Assembly (NCBI GenBank): GCA_963795085.1
Contig: CAWCFX010000003.1
Coordinates: 96,001 to 160,000 of the forward strand
Source: an uncultured Gemmatimonadales bacterium
Lineage (GTDB): Bacteria; Gemmatimonadota; Gemmatimonadetes; Gemmatimonadales; GWC2-71-9
Length of the DNA: 64,000 nucleotides
Direction of reading: 5' to 3'
Below the pieces are notes generated by a model that saw nothing but the letters and a program-made list of their open reading frames with translations, did not search any database and was not told the DNA's origin. A program made the position numbers and the translations under genes. Shown here piece by piece: positions 18,238 to 30,631 of the stretch. How positions within the stretch are numbered: the stretch's first letter is position 1; the number at the start of each line of letters is the position of its first letter.

Positions 18238-21200
18238 TTATGAGTCATGTTGCCGGACACCGATGGTAATGGGGTGGCCGTCGATATCAATCGCCTGCTC
18301 CAGCCGCGCTTCCGGCAACCGCGCTCCGAGGACCAGTTCCCGGGCCAGCGTTTCCTCACGAATGAAGGCCTGGTGCGGCTGCAGCGCCGCGACCACGCCA
18401 TTGGGGCCGTCGATGGCCAGGCGGATCCGGGTCGTAAAGGTGAACCCGGCCTCTTTCCGCAGCCGCTGTACCCGGTTGACGACTTCCCGGGCCAGCCCTT
18501 CGGCCTTGAGATCCTCGGTCAGGGCCTGGTCCAGCGCCACCACGTAGGCGCCATCGCTTTCGGTCGGCCAGTCGGTGGCCACCTTGCGCTCGACCAGGAT
18601 GGCGCCGGGCTGATAGGTATAGCCCTCCCCGCCCTCCTCCAGGGTGACCGCCTGGCCCGCCTCCAGGGCCCGCAACTGCGCCTGGCTCAGCCGGGCCGCG
18701 GCGGCGGCCGCCTTCGGCGTACTCTTGCCGAACACCTTGCCGAGGGCCCGGAAGTCGGGCCGGGCCGCCAGCCGCACCAGGTCGGCGTCCGATTCGACGA
18801 TCTCCACCGACTTGACGTTGACCTCGGTGCGGAGCAACGCCAGCAGTTCCCGAAACAGCGGCCCCGGCAGGTGGCCGGGAACCGCGACCTTCACCCGGGC
18901 CACCGGCTGCCGCACGTTCAGCCCCACGGTCTCGCGCACCGCGCGGGTCATCGAGGTAAGCCGGCGCACCGCGTCCATCGCGAGGTGGAGGTCCCGGTCG
19001 TGCCCGAACGGCTGCGGAAAGGACGCCAGGTGCACCGAGGTGCCCACCAGTTGCCGGTGGATCCAGTCGCTCATGAACGGCGCGACCGGCGCCAGCAGCC
19101 GGGCCACGGTGACCAGCACGGTATGCAGCGTGGCGAGCGCCGCCGGGTCGGCCGAGCTGTCCACCGCCCAGAACCGCTTCCGGTTGATCCGGACATACCA
19201 GTTGGAGACGTCATCCACCAGGAACCGGACCAGTTCCCGGGTCCCGGTGGTGACGTCATACCCCAGGAGCGACCGGTTGACCGCGGCCACCGTGGCGTCC
19301 AGCCGCCCCAGAATCCACTCATCGGACCGATCCGGCCGGCCCCCGCCCCGCGCGGGAGTCCAGTCTCCCGCGTACCGCGCGAAGAACTCGTAGGTGTTCC
19401 GGAGCGTGTCCACGAACTTGCCGGTCGCCGGCTGGATGGCCGCGCGGTCAAACCGCTTGGGCAACCAGACCTGGCTCGAAGTGACGAGGTACAGGCGGAT
19501 GACATCCGCCCCGAACTCGGTGAGAACATCCCAGGGGTCCACCACGTTCCCCCGGCTCTTCGACATCTTGAGCCCCTCGGCGTCCAGCACCAGGTCGTTG
19601 ACGATCACATTGCGGTAGGCGGGCCGGTCGAAGGCCATGGTTCCGATGGCCAGGAGGGAATAGAACCAACCCCGGGTCTGGTCCACGCCCTCGCAAATGT
19701 AGTCAGCCGGAAAATGCCGCTCGAAATCCTCCCGGTGCTCGAAGGGGTAATGCCACTGGGCGTAGGGCATGGAACCCGAATCGAACCAGGTGTCGATGAC
19801 CTCCGGCGTCCGGCGCATGATGCCCCCACAGGCGCAGGTCCACTCGTAGCGGTCGATGAACGGCTTGTGCGGATCGAAATCCGCCGGCAGCGCGCCGCCC
19901 CAGGCCTGGGCCAGCTCGGCGAAGCTGCCGATGACCTGGACGTGCTCCGGCCGCTCTGAGCAGACCCATACCGGGAGCGGGGTACCCCAGTAGCGGTCGC
20001 GGGACAGGGCCCAATCCACGTTGTTCTCCAGCCACTCGCCGAACCGCTTCGCGCCGACTTCGGGCGGGTTCCAGTTGACCTGGCGGTTGAACTCCAGCAT
20101 CCGCTCCTTGACCGCCGAGGTGCGGGCGAACCAGGAATCCCGGGCGTAGTAGATGAGCTTGCTCCGGCACCGCCAGCAGTGGGGATAGGAATGGCGGTGC
20201 TGTTCGATGCCCAGCAACCGCCCGTCCTGCTTGAGCCGGCGGGTAATGAGATCATTGGTCTCCCGGGCGGTGACGAGCTGGCCTTCCAGTTCCGGCCAGT
20301 GTGTCCCCAGGAACGTGCCGTCCGCCGCCACCGGCCGGACCAGCGCGAGATCGTGCTCCCGGCCCGCGGCATGGTCGTCCGACCCGAACGCCGGCGCCAG
20401 GTGGACAATGCCGGAGCCGTCATCGGCGGTCACGAACTCGCCGGGGATGACCACCGAGTGGCGGCGTCCCTCCGGCAACTCCACGATGTCGAACGGGCGC
20501 CGGTAGCGGAGGCCGACCAGCGCCTGCCCGGGAAATGCGGCGCCCTCCTCCAGCCGTTCGGCCCCCAGCAGCTGCGCCAGCCGGGGGGCCCGGGTCGTGG
20601 CGACGACGAACCGCCGCGCCGGCTCGCCCGGCGTCCAGTAGGTGTTGTAGGCCAGCTCCGGATGCACCGCCGCGGCCACGTTGCTGGGGAGCGTCCATGG
20701 CGTCGTCGTCCACACTACCAGTTCACGGCCGCTGCCGTCCTCCAGCGGGAAGGTGACGTAGATGGACTTGTCGTCAACGTCCTCGTACCCCAGCGCCAGT
20801 TCGTGGCTCGACAGCACGGTGCCGCAGCGGGGACAGTAGGGCAGCACCCGGTGACCCCGGAACAGCAGGTCCTTCTGGTGCAGCCGCTGCAGCAGCCACC
20901 AGACGGTCTCGACGTAGTCGTTGCTGAACGTGATGTAGGGATGCTCGTAGTCGAGCCAGTAGGCAATCCGGTCGGACAGGTTCTCCCACTCGCCCTTGTA
21001 CCGAAACACGTTTTCCCGGCAAAGGGCGTTGAACGCTTCCACCCCGTACGCCTCGATGTCCTTCTTGCCCTTGAGGTCGAGTTGTTTTTCGACTTCGATC
21101 TCGACCGGCAGACCATGGGTATCCCAGCCGGCGATCCGGGTGATGGACTCCCCCCGCATCGCGTGGTAGCGGCAGACCAGGTCCTTGATGGTCCGGGAAA

Positions 21201-21375
21201 AGACGTGGTGAATGCCGGGCCGCCCGTTGGCGGTGGGCGGGCCCTCGAAGAAGACGTAGGGCGCGCCTCCCCGGGTCTGCTCCAGGGTCTGCTGAAACAG
21301 CCGCTCTTCCTTCCAGCGGTTGAGGAGGCTTCGTTCCAGCTCATCAGGCGTACCGGCAGGCCACGACGGGTACAT
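18238..21375 (-). CDS. ileS: Isoleucyl-tRNA synthetase, type 2
   Basis: EGPPTANGRPGIHH, GWDTHGLPVE, WTTTPWTLPSN, DQTRGWFY and KMSKS, with an IleRS2-type C-terminus; ATG at 21375. Confidence 0.97.
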   Translation of the reverse strand: MYPSWPAGTPDELERSLLNRWKEERLFQQTLEQTRGGAPYVFFEGPPTANGRPGIHHVFSRTIKDLVCRYHAMRGESITRIAGWDTHGLPVEIEVEKQLDLKGKKDIEAYGVEAFNALCRENVFRYKGEWENLSDRIAYWLDYEHPYITFSNDYVETVWWLLQRLHQKDLLFRGHRVLPYCPRCGTVLSSHELALGYEDVDDKSIYVTFPLEDGSGRELVVWTTTPWTLPSNVAAAVHPELAYNTYWTPGEPARRFVVATTRAPRLAQLLGAERLEEGAAFPGQALVGLRYRRPFDIVELPEGRRHSVVIPGEFVTADDGSGIVHLAPAFGSDDHAAGREHDLALVRPVAADGTFLGTHWPELEGQLVTARETNDLITRRLKQDGRLLGIEQHRHSYPHCWRCRSKLIYYARDSWFARTSAVKERMLEFNRQVNWNPPEVGAKRFGEWLENNVDWALSRDRYWGTPLPVWVCSERPEHVQVIGSFAELAQAWGGALPADFDPHKPFIDRYEWTCACGGIMRRTPEVIDTWFDSGSMPYAQWHYPFEHREDFERHFPADYICEGVDQTRGWFYSLLAIGTMAFDRPAYRNVIVNDLVLDAEGLKMSKSRGNVVDPWDVLTEFGADVIRLYLVTSSQVWLPKRFDRAAIQPATGKFVDTLRNTYEFFARYAGDWTPARGGGRPDRSDEWILGRLDATVAAVNRSLLGYDVTTGTRELVRFLVDDVSNWYVRINRKRFWAVDSSADPAALATLHTVLVTVARLLAPVAPFMSDWIHRQLVGTSVHLASFPQPFGHDRDLHLAMDAVRRLTSMTRAVRETVGLNVRQPVARVKVAVPGHLPGPLFRELLALLRTEVNVKSVEIVESDADLVRLAARPDFRALGKVFGKSTPKAAAAAARLSQAQLRALEAGQAVTLEEGGEGYTYQPGAILVERKVATDWPTESDGAYVVALDQALTEDLKAEGLAREVVNRVQRLRKEAGFTFTTRIRLAIDGPNGVVAALQPHQAFIREETLARELVLGARLPEARLEQAIDIDGHPITIGVRQHDS

Positions 21376-21377
21376 GG

Positions 21378-22211
21378 TCAGTCGAGCCGTTCGACGATGC
21401 GGCTGACCAGCCGGGTGAGCGAGGGTTCGGCCCGGCTGGCCGTCTCGATGATCCGACCGATATCCGCCGGCTCCAGGGCATCGGGCAGGCATTGGTCGGT
21501 AATGATGGACAGACCGACAACCCGCATGCCGCTGTGGACCGCGACGATCACTTCGGGCACGGTGGACATGCCGACCACGTCCGCACCCATCGTCCGGAGC
21601 ATGCGGTACTCCGCACGGGTTTCCAGATTGGGACCCGGCACCGCCACGTAGACCCCTTCCCGTAACATGATGCCCAGCTCGGTCGCCGCCTGCCGGGCCA
21701 GCACCCGCAGGCCCTGGTCGTACGGCATGGACATGTCGGGAAATCGCGGCCCCAGCGATTCCTCGTTCGGCCCGATGAGGGGATTGTCTCCCAACAGGTT
21801 GATGTGGTCGGAGATCAGCACCAGGTCGCCCGGCGCCCAGAGCGGGTGCATGCCGCCGCAGGCATTGGACACAACCAGCGTCGTCACCCCCAGGGCCCGC
21901 AGCACCCGGACGGGAAAGGTTACCTGCTGGAGGTCATAACCCTCGTACCGGTGAAACCGGCCCTGCATGGCCACGACCGGCCTGCCGCCCAGGCGCCCCA
22001 CGAGGAGCTGGCCCGCGTGGCTCTCCACCGTCGACAGCGGAAACCCGGGAATGGTCTCGTAGGGAATCCGGGTTTCGACCTCGATCTCGCCCGCCAGCCC
22101 CCCCAGCCCGGTGCCCAGGATGATGCCCACGGCCGGTGTAGCGGCGGTGCGGGACCGGACGGCGGCTGCGGCCGCGGCGATGCGGTCGAGCAGTGGCTGG
22201 GTCGTGGTCAT
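21378..22211 (-). CDS. Purine-nucleoside phosphorylase (trimeric type)
   Basis: [26 protein letters not shown] and VGMSTVPE. Confidence 0.93.
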   Translation of the reverse strand: MTTTQPLLDRIAAAAAAVRSRTAATPAVGIILGTGLGGLAGEIEVETRIPYETIPGFPLSTVESHAGQLLVGRLGGRPVVAMQGRFHRYEGYDLQQVTFPVRVLRALGVTTLVVSNACGGMHPLWAPGDLVLISDHINLLGDNPLIGPNEESLGPRFPDMSMPYDQGLRVLARQAATELGIMLREGVYVAVPGPNLETRAEYRMLRTMGADVVGMSTVPEVIVAVHSGMRVVGLSIITDQCLPDALEPADIGRIIETASRAEPSLTRLVSRIVERLD

Positions 22212-22723
22212 GCCTGGCGCTTGAGAACCATTTCGGTCTGCACCTGGGAAAGGGTCTGCGCGTGGGCCTGCAGCCCGTCGATCTCCGCCAGCTGCCGCTC
22301 CAGCAGGGCCCGGAAGTTCGCCACGTACGCGGCGAACTGGCGTTGGGCCGAGTCGTACCGCTCCCGCACGGTCTGCTCATCCTGCTGGGCCGCGGACACC
22401 ATGAGCATCGCCTGGCCCCTGGCCTCCCGGATGATGCCTTCGGCTTCCTTGTCGGCTTGCACCCGGGCGTCCGCGCGCAGTTGCTGGGCGGCGATCAACG
22501 CCTCGTTCATGGCCCGCTCCCGCTCCCGGAACGCCCGCAGCTGTTCCTGCATGTTCTTGAGCCGCTCCTCCCACTGGAGCCGCTCTCGCAGCAGCCGCTC
22601 CACTTCCTCCGAGACCCGGAGCTTGAACTCGTCTACCTGTACCTTGTTGTACCCCCGCATCGCAGCCTGGAACTCCTGGGCACGAATGTCGTGGGGCGTG
22701 AGATGAAACGCGTCGTCGGTCAT
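22208..22723 (-). CDS. DivIVA domain protein
   Basis: [23 protein letters not shown] followed by a coiled coil. Confidence 0.9.
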   Translation of the reverse strand: MTDDAFHLTPHDIRAQEFQAAMRGYNKVQVDEFKLRVSEEVERLLRERLQWEERLKNMQEQLRAFRERERAMNEALIAAQQLRADARVQADKEAEGIIREARGQAMLMVSAAQQDEQTVRERYDSAQRQFAAYVANFRALLERQLAEIDGLQAHAQTLSQVQTEMVLKRQA

Positions 22724-23406
22724 CGGCTTCGCTCTCCGAACAACAGGGTCCCCAGCCGCACCATGGTGGCGCCTTCTTCAATCGCAACGAGATAATCGCC
22801 CGACATGCCCATCGAGAGGACGGGACCGGCGTGGCCCCGCGCGACCGCCTCATCCCGGAGGCGCCGGAGGAGAGCAAACGCCCGGCGCTGGTCGTCGGCC
22901 TGTCCGGTCAGCGCCGCCATAGTCATAAGGCCCCTGACCTCGAGCCGGGCCAGCCCGGCCAGGCCGTCCAGCAGGGCCGGTACCTCCGCGGGCGTACAGC
23001 CGCCCTTCTGCGGCTCGGCCGAACAATTGACCTGCACCAGCACCGGCTGGCGGCCCCCCTCGGCGGTCCGCCGGTCCAGTTCCGCACCGAGCTCGAGCCG
23101 ATCCACGGAGTGGATCAGCGCGAAGTGCCCGGCCGCGTTTTTCGCCTTGTTGCGCTGGAGTGAACCGATCAGGTGCCAATCCACCGGCACGGCCGCCGCA
23201 TAGGCCTGCTTCGCCAGCGCCTCCTGCACCCGGTTTTCTCCTACCACCTCGAGCCCCGCCGCATGCGCAACGCGAACCGCTTCCGGCCCATGCCCCTTGG
23301 TCACGGCCACGATGGTGACCGGGTGACTCAGGCCGGCCGCCCGCTGGCGCTCGGCGATCGCCCTGCGCACCCGTCCAAGCCGTTCGGCCAAGCCGGGGAA
23401 GTCCAT
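22720..23406 (-). CDS. yggS: YggS/PLPBP pyridoxal phosphate homeostasis protein
   Basis: VAVTK, GENRVQE, WHLIGSLQRNK, LSMGMSGDY and VRLGT. Confidence 0.95.
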   Translation of the reverse strand: MDFPGLAERLGRVRRAIAERQRAAGLSHPVTIVAVTKGHGPEAVRVAHAAGLEVVGENRVQEALAKQAYAAAVPVDWHLIGSLQRNKAKNAAGHFALIHSVDRLELGAELDRRTAEGGRQPVLVQVNCSAEPQKGGCTPAEVPALLDGLAGLARLEVRGLMTMAALTGQADDQRRAFALLRRLRDEAVARGHAGPVLSMGMSGDYLVAIEEGATMVRLGTLLFGERSR

Positions 23407-23463
23407 AGCCCTAGAATTTACTTGGGGTTACGTGCGGGGGGCTAGGGGCGGGGGGGAGGGCAG

Positions 23464-23538
23464 GTACAGAGTGCAGAGTGCAGGGTGCGGGTGCAGGCGT
23501 GCGGGTGCGGGCTGCGGGCTGCGGGCTGCGGGCTGCGA
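23464..23538. repeat. Degenerate hepta/hexamer array (GTGCAGA grading to GCTGCGG)
   Basis: Read directly; shares units with the array at 17113. Confidence 0.85.
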
Positions 23539-23546
23539 AACCGCAG

Positions 23547-24014
23547 CTAGCACCTCAGGGTATAAACCCGGAAGGTCTGGTCCATAACGTACCCCAGCGA
23601 TTCATAGAGCCTTTGCGCCGGACGGTTCGTGTGAGCGGTGGACAATTCAATGCCCGCTGCCCCGGTCTCGATCGCGTGTTTCCCGGCGGCCTCCATCAGG
23701 GCCCGCCCGACTCCCCTGCCCCGAGCCGATTCGGTGACATACAGATCATTCAAGAGCCAGAGCGGCCGGCACACGACCGAGGACCACAGTGGATAGAGTT
23801 GGGTGAACCCGAGGCCGGCTCCCGCCTTCTCGGCCAGGAAGATCACCGAATCGCCGCTGGTCAGCCGTTCCCGGATAAACTCCCGCGACTTGTCAAGGTC
23901 CGCCGGTTGCTCGTAGAAACGCCGGTACGATTCAAACAGGGCGGCCAGCGGTTCGAGATCGCGTGGCTCCGCGCGCCGCACCCGCGACGGCGGTTCGTCT
24001 GCCCGGGCCGGCAT
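23547..24014 (-). CDS. GNAT N-acetyltransferase
   Basis: LNDLYV..RGRGVGRALM..N..AQRLYESLGY. Confidence 0.9.
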   Translation of the reverse strand: MPARADEPPSRVRRAEPRDLEPLAALFESYRRFYEQPADLDKSREFIRERLTSGDSVIFLAEKAGAGLGFTQLYPLWSSVVCRPLWLLNDLYVTESARGRGVGRALMEAAGKHAIETGAAGIELSTAHTNRPAQRLYESLGYVMDQTFRVYTLRC

Positions 24015-24017
24015 CCG

Positions 24018-24986
24018 TCAGGAACCCCGCAACTGGCGAAGCTTCTCCCGGGCCGATTTGCCCTCGGGATTGAGGGCCAGCGAGCGCTCATAGCTGGCGA
24101 TCGCACGGGTGGAGTCGCCGTTCGCCAGGTATCCCTCGCCCAGGCTATCCCAGGCGTTGGCGCTGGCGGGGAACTCCCGGACGCCCAGGGAGAATACCGC
24201 GATGGCCTGGTCGGGCCGCTTTTCGTCCAGCAGGCCGTAGCCGATCGTGTTGAGCAGGTTCTCGTTCACCGGCGGGCCATACGTTGCCCGCAGGGCCCGG
24301 AATGCCGCCGCGCCACTGTCGGCGCCGACGGCCACGAAGGCCCGGGTTATCGCAAATCTGGCATGCCCGCGCCGGGCGAAGTTGGAGGCCGGGTTCACTT
24401 CAACATTCAGGGCGGCGAGACGTTCCGCGTCAGGAAGGTTTCCCTGCCGGTTGATCCGGTCAGCCACATCCGCGAGGGGTACTTCCGAGAAATCGTACGT
24501 GAACCGTCCGTAGTACCGTTCCCGGAGCGACCGGTACGCCGTCATGGTAGAATCGAGCCCTCCGGCCTGGTAGGCCAGGAGGAGCAGGTCCTGCAGCATG
24601 CGGGGGGTTGTGGTCCCGCGGTGGCAGGTGGCGCATTCCACGCTCACGGAGGGTGTCACCCGCTGCTCGACATCGGCCAGGTGTTCGTGGTTGATGTGAT
24701 GCACCATCTGCATCATGACGCGGGCCGTCCGCTTGGCTGGTTTATCGTCGGCGGCGAAATCGTAGGTGGCAAGCGGCCTCCCCTCCTCGCCCACGTGGCA
24801 ATGGGTGCAGCGCACGCCCAGCGCCCGGGTAAACCCGCCCATCAGTTGAACCAGGCTGTCGGCGGGAATGGTCCTGGGCAGAACCCGGAGATTGGTGAAT
24901 GAATCCGGGGGAAACTGCGCGCCGGCCGCGCCGGCAGACAGGAGGAGGACAGCCAGTGCGGCAGCGACGCGGATGGAGCGATGCAT
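24018..24986 (-). CDS. Exported di-heme c-type cytochrome (RC cytochrome c-like family) with C-terminal TPR
   Basis: Signal peptide, NLRVL, CTHCH and CATCH heme motifs, and a TPR (NAWDSLGEGY). Confidence 0.85.
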   Translation of the reverse strand: MHRSIRVAAALAVLLLSAGAAGAQFPPDSFTNLRVLPRTIPADSLVQLMGGFTRALGVRCTHCHVGEEGRPLATYDFAADDKPAKRTARVMMQMVHHINHEHLADVEQRVTPSVSVECATCHRGTTTPRMLQDLLLLAYQAGGLDSTMTAYRSLRERYYGRFTYDFSEVPLADVADRINRQGNLPDAERLAALNVEVNPASNFARRGHARFAITRAFVAVGADSGAAAFRALRATYGPPVNENLLNTIGYGLLDEKRPDQAIAVFSLGVREFPASANAWDSLGEGYLANGDSTRAIASYERSLALNPEGKSAREKLRQLRGS

Positions 24987-25048
24987 GGGAAGGCAGCTCC
25001 TGAAATGGGAAGACTCCCCGTCTGTACGGGGCGAGTCACCCTGAAGTT

Positions 25049-27442
25049 CTACCGGTCAACGGCCGTGGTATCAGGCCGCTGGCTGTCCGGCCCCGTGAGA
25101 GGCTCCATCCGGATCTGCTGCAAGGCCTGCTTGATTTGCGGATCCGCCACCAGCTTCGCGGCCCGTTCCAGGTTGGCAAGAGTCCGATCCCGGTCACCGC
25201 GGGCCTGGTAGGCCAGCGCCAGTTGGGTGAATGGCAGTCCCAGGTTGAACGCCATGCCCCGCGCCGTGGGTTCCAGGTTGCTCACCGCTTCTTCACTCGC
25301 CTCCAGCAACCCGCTGTACCGGTACGTGTGCCAGGCCAGGCTATCGGTCACGATCAGGTCCATCAGCGTCCCGGTGAGCCTGCCGATCTCGAGCCCGGGA
25401 TTGGTAGTATCCGGGGCGGTAGGACTCACCAGATAGGCCATCCCCTGCTGGATCATGAATGGATCGAGCCCCCGGAAGTCCCGCCCGGTGGTCATGCTCC
25501 AACTGACGGGGCGCTTGCCCACATTTTCCTGGAGAATGCGGGCCAGCACGATCTGGTTGGGATTGATATAGACGTTGGCCGGCAAGGTGTAGCGTCCCGC
25601 TCCGGCCGGGACCGCCCGGGGCTCCCGGAGGACGGTAAAGCTGCCGGTGATCTGGTCGATCTGGGCATCGGTCATCGAATGCACCGGCCAGTCGGGCATC
25701 GGGCCGGCTTTACCCCGCCAGATGGCCGGCGCGCTGGCCTCGTCAAAGGCGCGCTGCGGGTTGTCCCGCAGTTGCCTGATGTACCACGGCGTCTGCGCCA
25801 GGGCGAGACAGACCAACGTCACGTCCTGCCGGATCCCCGCCACTTCCTGGGCCCACCACAGGGGGAAGGTGTCGTTGTCCCCAAACGTAAAGAGGACCCC
25901 GTACGGCGGGACCGAGTTGAGCAGGTCGTAGGCGAAATCCGCGGCCAGCCGGGGCGCCGGGCCGTGCGCCCGCGATGCCGCCGTGAAATTGGCGGCGAAG
26001 GGAACGGCCGCCACCAGGAACAGCGCGTAGGGCGCGGCCCCCGTAAGCGCCCGCCTCGCCAGCCCGCGGGCCAGGACCGCCAGTCCCATCCCGGCCCACA
26101 GCCCCCAGATGATGAAACTGATGACGAAGAAGTAGTCCCGGTCGCGGACCTCGTGATCGGACGGATCCGGCCACTGCTTGAAGGTGTACTCGAGGCTGTA
26201 CCCCGGCTTGAAATTCATGTAGAGGACCAGCCCGATACCGGTGACCGCGAACACGCCGGCGAGCAGCCACCAGGATGGCCGTTCCATTCGTCGGTGCCAG
26301 TCGAATCCGCGCATGCCGAGAAAGAAAAACGCCAGCGTCATTGCCACCTTCAGGGCCATGGCCGGCAGGCCGTTTCCCCACTGCCAGATGAAGTACTGGA
26401 AGTAGTTGGCGAACTGCGCCGTGACCAGCGAAAAACTCCGCCCCGGGTTGTCGGGCCCGCTCATCTCGGTCGGATCGTCCAGCGGAGTCCGGGGAGGATA
26501 CTGTTTCCGCTGGATGACTTCGAGCAGCGACGTGAAATTGTCGGGCTGGGCCTCACTGATCATCGGGTGCTGCTGGGAGCGGTAATACGGGTATCCGTAA
26601 CTGGTGATGCCTACCACGGCGATCACCAGCGCCACCAGGGCGAAACGACCGACGGATGCGGAGACGGCGAGCGCCGCGGCGGCCAGGTAGCAGATCCCTC
26701 CCCCGGTGATCAGGGTCGTGCTGCCCAGGCCGAGCCCGATCAGGAGCGCCCAGGTGCCGCCGACGACGGCCACTTCCGCCCACTCCCGCCGCTGCCGTAC
26801 CGGGTCGGCCGACGGCTCCAGCCGCAGGGTGGCGGCCATGAACAGGATGACGCCGGGCCCCACCAGTAGCGTGAGCAGGTGGTTGCCGCTGGAGAGGCCC
26901 GCGATGTAGAGCATGAGCCAGAGGGTCCGGGGTGCCCGGTCGCCACCCCGCTGGCGCCGCCAGACCAGGGCCAGCCAGCAGATCAGCGCGGCCATGAACG
27001 TGGCCACTCCGTACACCTCGGTCTCGTTGGAGTTCTGCCAATGGGTGAAGGTGAACGCGCCGATCACCGCCGCGGCCATGCCGCCTCCAATGCGGAGACC
27101 CGCGGCATTTCCCTCGCCATTCCCGCCCAGCGGCCGCAGTGATTCCCAGATCACCAGGAAGAAGGCTCCCGCTGCGAGGGCGCTGAAGAAGGCGCTCATC
27201 AGGTTGAGCCGGAAGGCATACTCCCCGAAAGGAAAGATGCTGCCCCAGACGTGGCCCAGGATGACGAAGAGCGGCGTCCCCGGCGGATGCGGGATGCCCA
27301 GGATGTGGGCCGATGCGATAAACTCGCCGGCGTCCCAGAATGTCACCGTCGGCGCCAGGCTGACGAGGTAGCCCAGGAGCACAATGGCCGTGGTCGCCAG
27401 GGCGTAGCGATAGGGCGGAGCGTCGGGTAATCGGGAATTCAT
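25049..27442 (-). CDS. DUF2723/TMEM260-like membrane glycosyltransferase
   Basis: TVTFWDAGEF, GIPHPPGTPLF, EVRDRDYFF and GDNDTFPLW; multiple TM segments. Confidence 0.85.
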   Translation of the reverse strand: MNSRLPDAPPYRYALATTAIVLLGYLVSLAPTVTFWDAGEFIASAHILGIPHPPGTPLFVILGHVWGSIFPFGEYAFRLNLMSAFFSALAAGAFFLVIWESLRPLGGNGEGNAAGLRIGGGMAAAVIGAFTFTHWQNSNETEVYGVATFMAALICWLALVWRRQRGGDRAPRTLWLMLYIAGLSSGNHLLTLLVGPGVILFMAATLRLEPSADPVRQRREWAEVAVVGGTWALLIGLGLGSTTLITGGGICYLAAAALAVSASVGRFALVALVIAVVGITSYGYPYYRSQQHPMISEAQPDNFTSLLEVIQRKQYPPRTPLDDPTEMSGPDNPGRSFSLVTAQFANYFQYFIWQWGNGLPAMALKVAMTLAFFFLGMRGFDWHRRMERPSWWLLAGVFAVTGIGLVLYMNFKPGYSLEYTFKQWPDPSDHEVRDRDYFFVISFIIWGLWAGMGLAVLARGLARRALTGAAPYALFLVAAVPFAANFTAASRAHGPAPRLAADFAYDLLNSVPPYGVLFTFGDNDTFPLWWAQEVAGIRQDVTLVCLALAQTPWYIRQLRDNPQRAFDEASAPAIWRGKAGPMPDWPVHSMTDAQIDQITGSFTVLREPRAVPAGAGRYTLPANVYINPNQIVLARILQENVGKRPVSWSMTTGRDFRGLDPFMIQQGMAYLVSPTAPDTTNPGLEIGRLTGTLMDLIVTDSLAWHTYRYSGLLEASEEAVSNLEPTARGMAFNLGLPFTQLALAYQARGDRDRTLANLERAAKLVADPQIKQALQQIRMEPLTGPDSQRPDTTAVDR

Positions 27443-27479
27443 CAGAATCGAGGGATCGAGTTGGGGCGAAACGTAACGA

Positions 27480-28645
27480 CTACATCTGGCGGACGGCTAC
27501 CGCCAGCTGGAGGGCCTCACGGACGCCGCGCACTTCATGCACCCGGAAGAGCTGGGCCCCCCGTTCGAAGGCCATGACGCAGGCGATTGCCGTGGCGCGA
27601 TCCCGGTCCTCGACCGGACGCCCGGTCGCCGTGCCCAGGAACCGTTTTCGGGACGGCCCCACCAGGACCGGCCGGCCCAGGCTTCCCAGGGCACCCAACC
27701 CGTCGAGCAGAGCCAGGCTTTCTTCTGCCGTCTTCCCAAAGCCAAGGCCGGGGTCAACCACCTGGCGCTCGGCCGCGATGCCGGCCGTCAAGGCCACTTC
27801 GACCGATGCGCGAAGTTCCCGGGTGACCGTGTTCACCACCCCCTGGCCATAGGAACCGGCGCCCTCGGTCGCCAGGCCGCCGGGGCCGCCCCGCGAATGC
27901 ATGAGAATGGCGCCGGCCCCGGCCTCGGCGAGGGTCCGACCCATGTCCGGGTCCAGCCGCAGCCCGGACACATCGTTTACCACCGCGGCGCCGGCGGCGA
28001 GTGCCGCCTGAGCCACCGATGCCTTCACGGTATCCACGGAGACGAGGAGCGAAGGGTGGCGCTGCACCAGCGCGGAAAGCACCGGGAGCAGCCGTCGCGA
28101 CTCTTCCTCGCCGTCGACCGGCGTGGCTTCAGGACGGGTGGATTCGGCCCCGAGGTCCACCAGGTCGGCGCCGGCGGCCAGCAGCGAGTCGGCCTGCTCC
28201 AGCGCCGCATCCACCGTAAGAAACCGGCCTCCGTCGCTGAACGAATCGGGGGTGACGTTGAGCACGCCGAGGAGGATAGGATGGTCCAGCGCGATGGCAC
28301 CGCGGGCGGTGACCCAGGTCTCGGCCCGCTCGGCCGGCAGCGCGAGGCCGACCTCCTGGGCCAGCCCGACCAGGTGGGGAGGAAACACCCAGGGCCGTGC
28401 GAAGGCGGCCAGGCGGGAACGGCTGCCGGCGAGGAGGACCCACCCTTCGCCGGTCAGAAGGTCGATGCCGAGTTTTCGGTTGTGAATGACCAGCGCTTCG
28501 ATGGCGTCGTCGGGAACCTGTTCCAGCAGAATGGCGACCGGCTGCACACTGCCGGCCGCCGATGCGGCACGCATGGCATCCCAGCCATGGCGGAGAAGCG
28601 CCTCCTGCACCGCCCGCGCCGAGTGGGCCGCGAGGGACCGCGCGA

Positions 28646-28649
<4 letters not shown>
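27480..28649 (-). CDS. folP: Dihydropteroate synthase with N-terminal extension
   Basis: GVLNVTPDSFSDGG, GAESTRP, DPGLGFGK, SRKRF and RVHEV; GTG at 28649 overlaps the ftsH stop. Confidence 0.93.

Positions 28650-30631
<1,982 letters not shown>

Noticed and set aside
24018..24986. pufC or evidence of phototrophy
   Set aside because: It has only two heme motifs plus a TPR, and no photosynthesis genes are present
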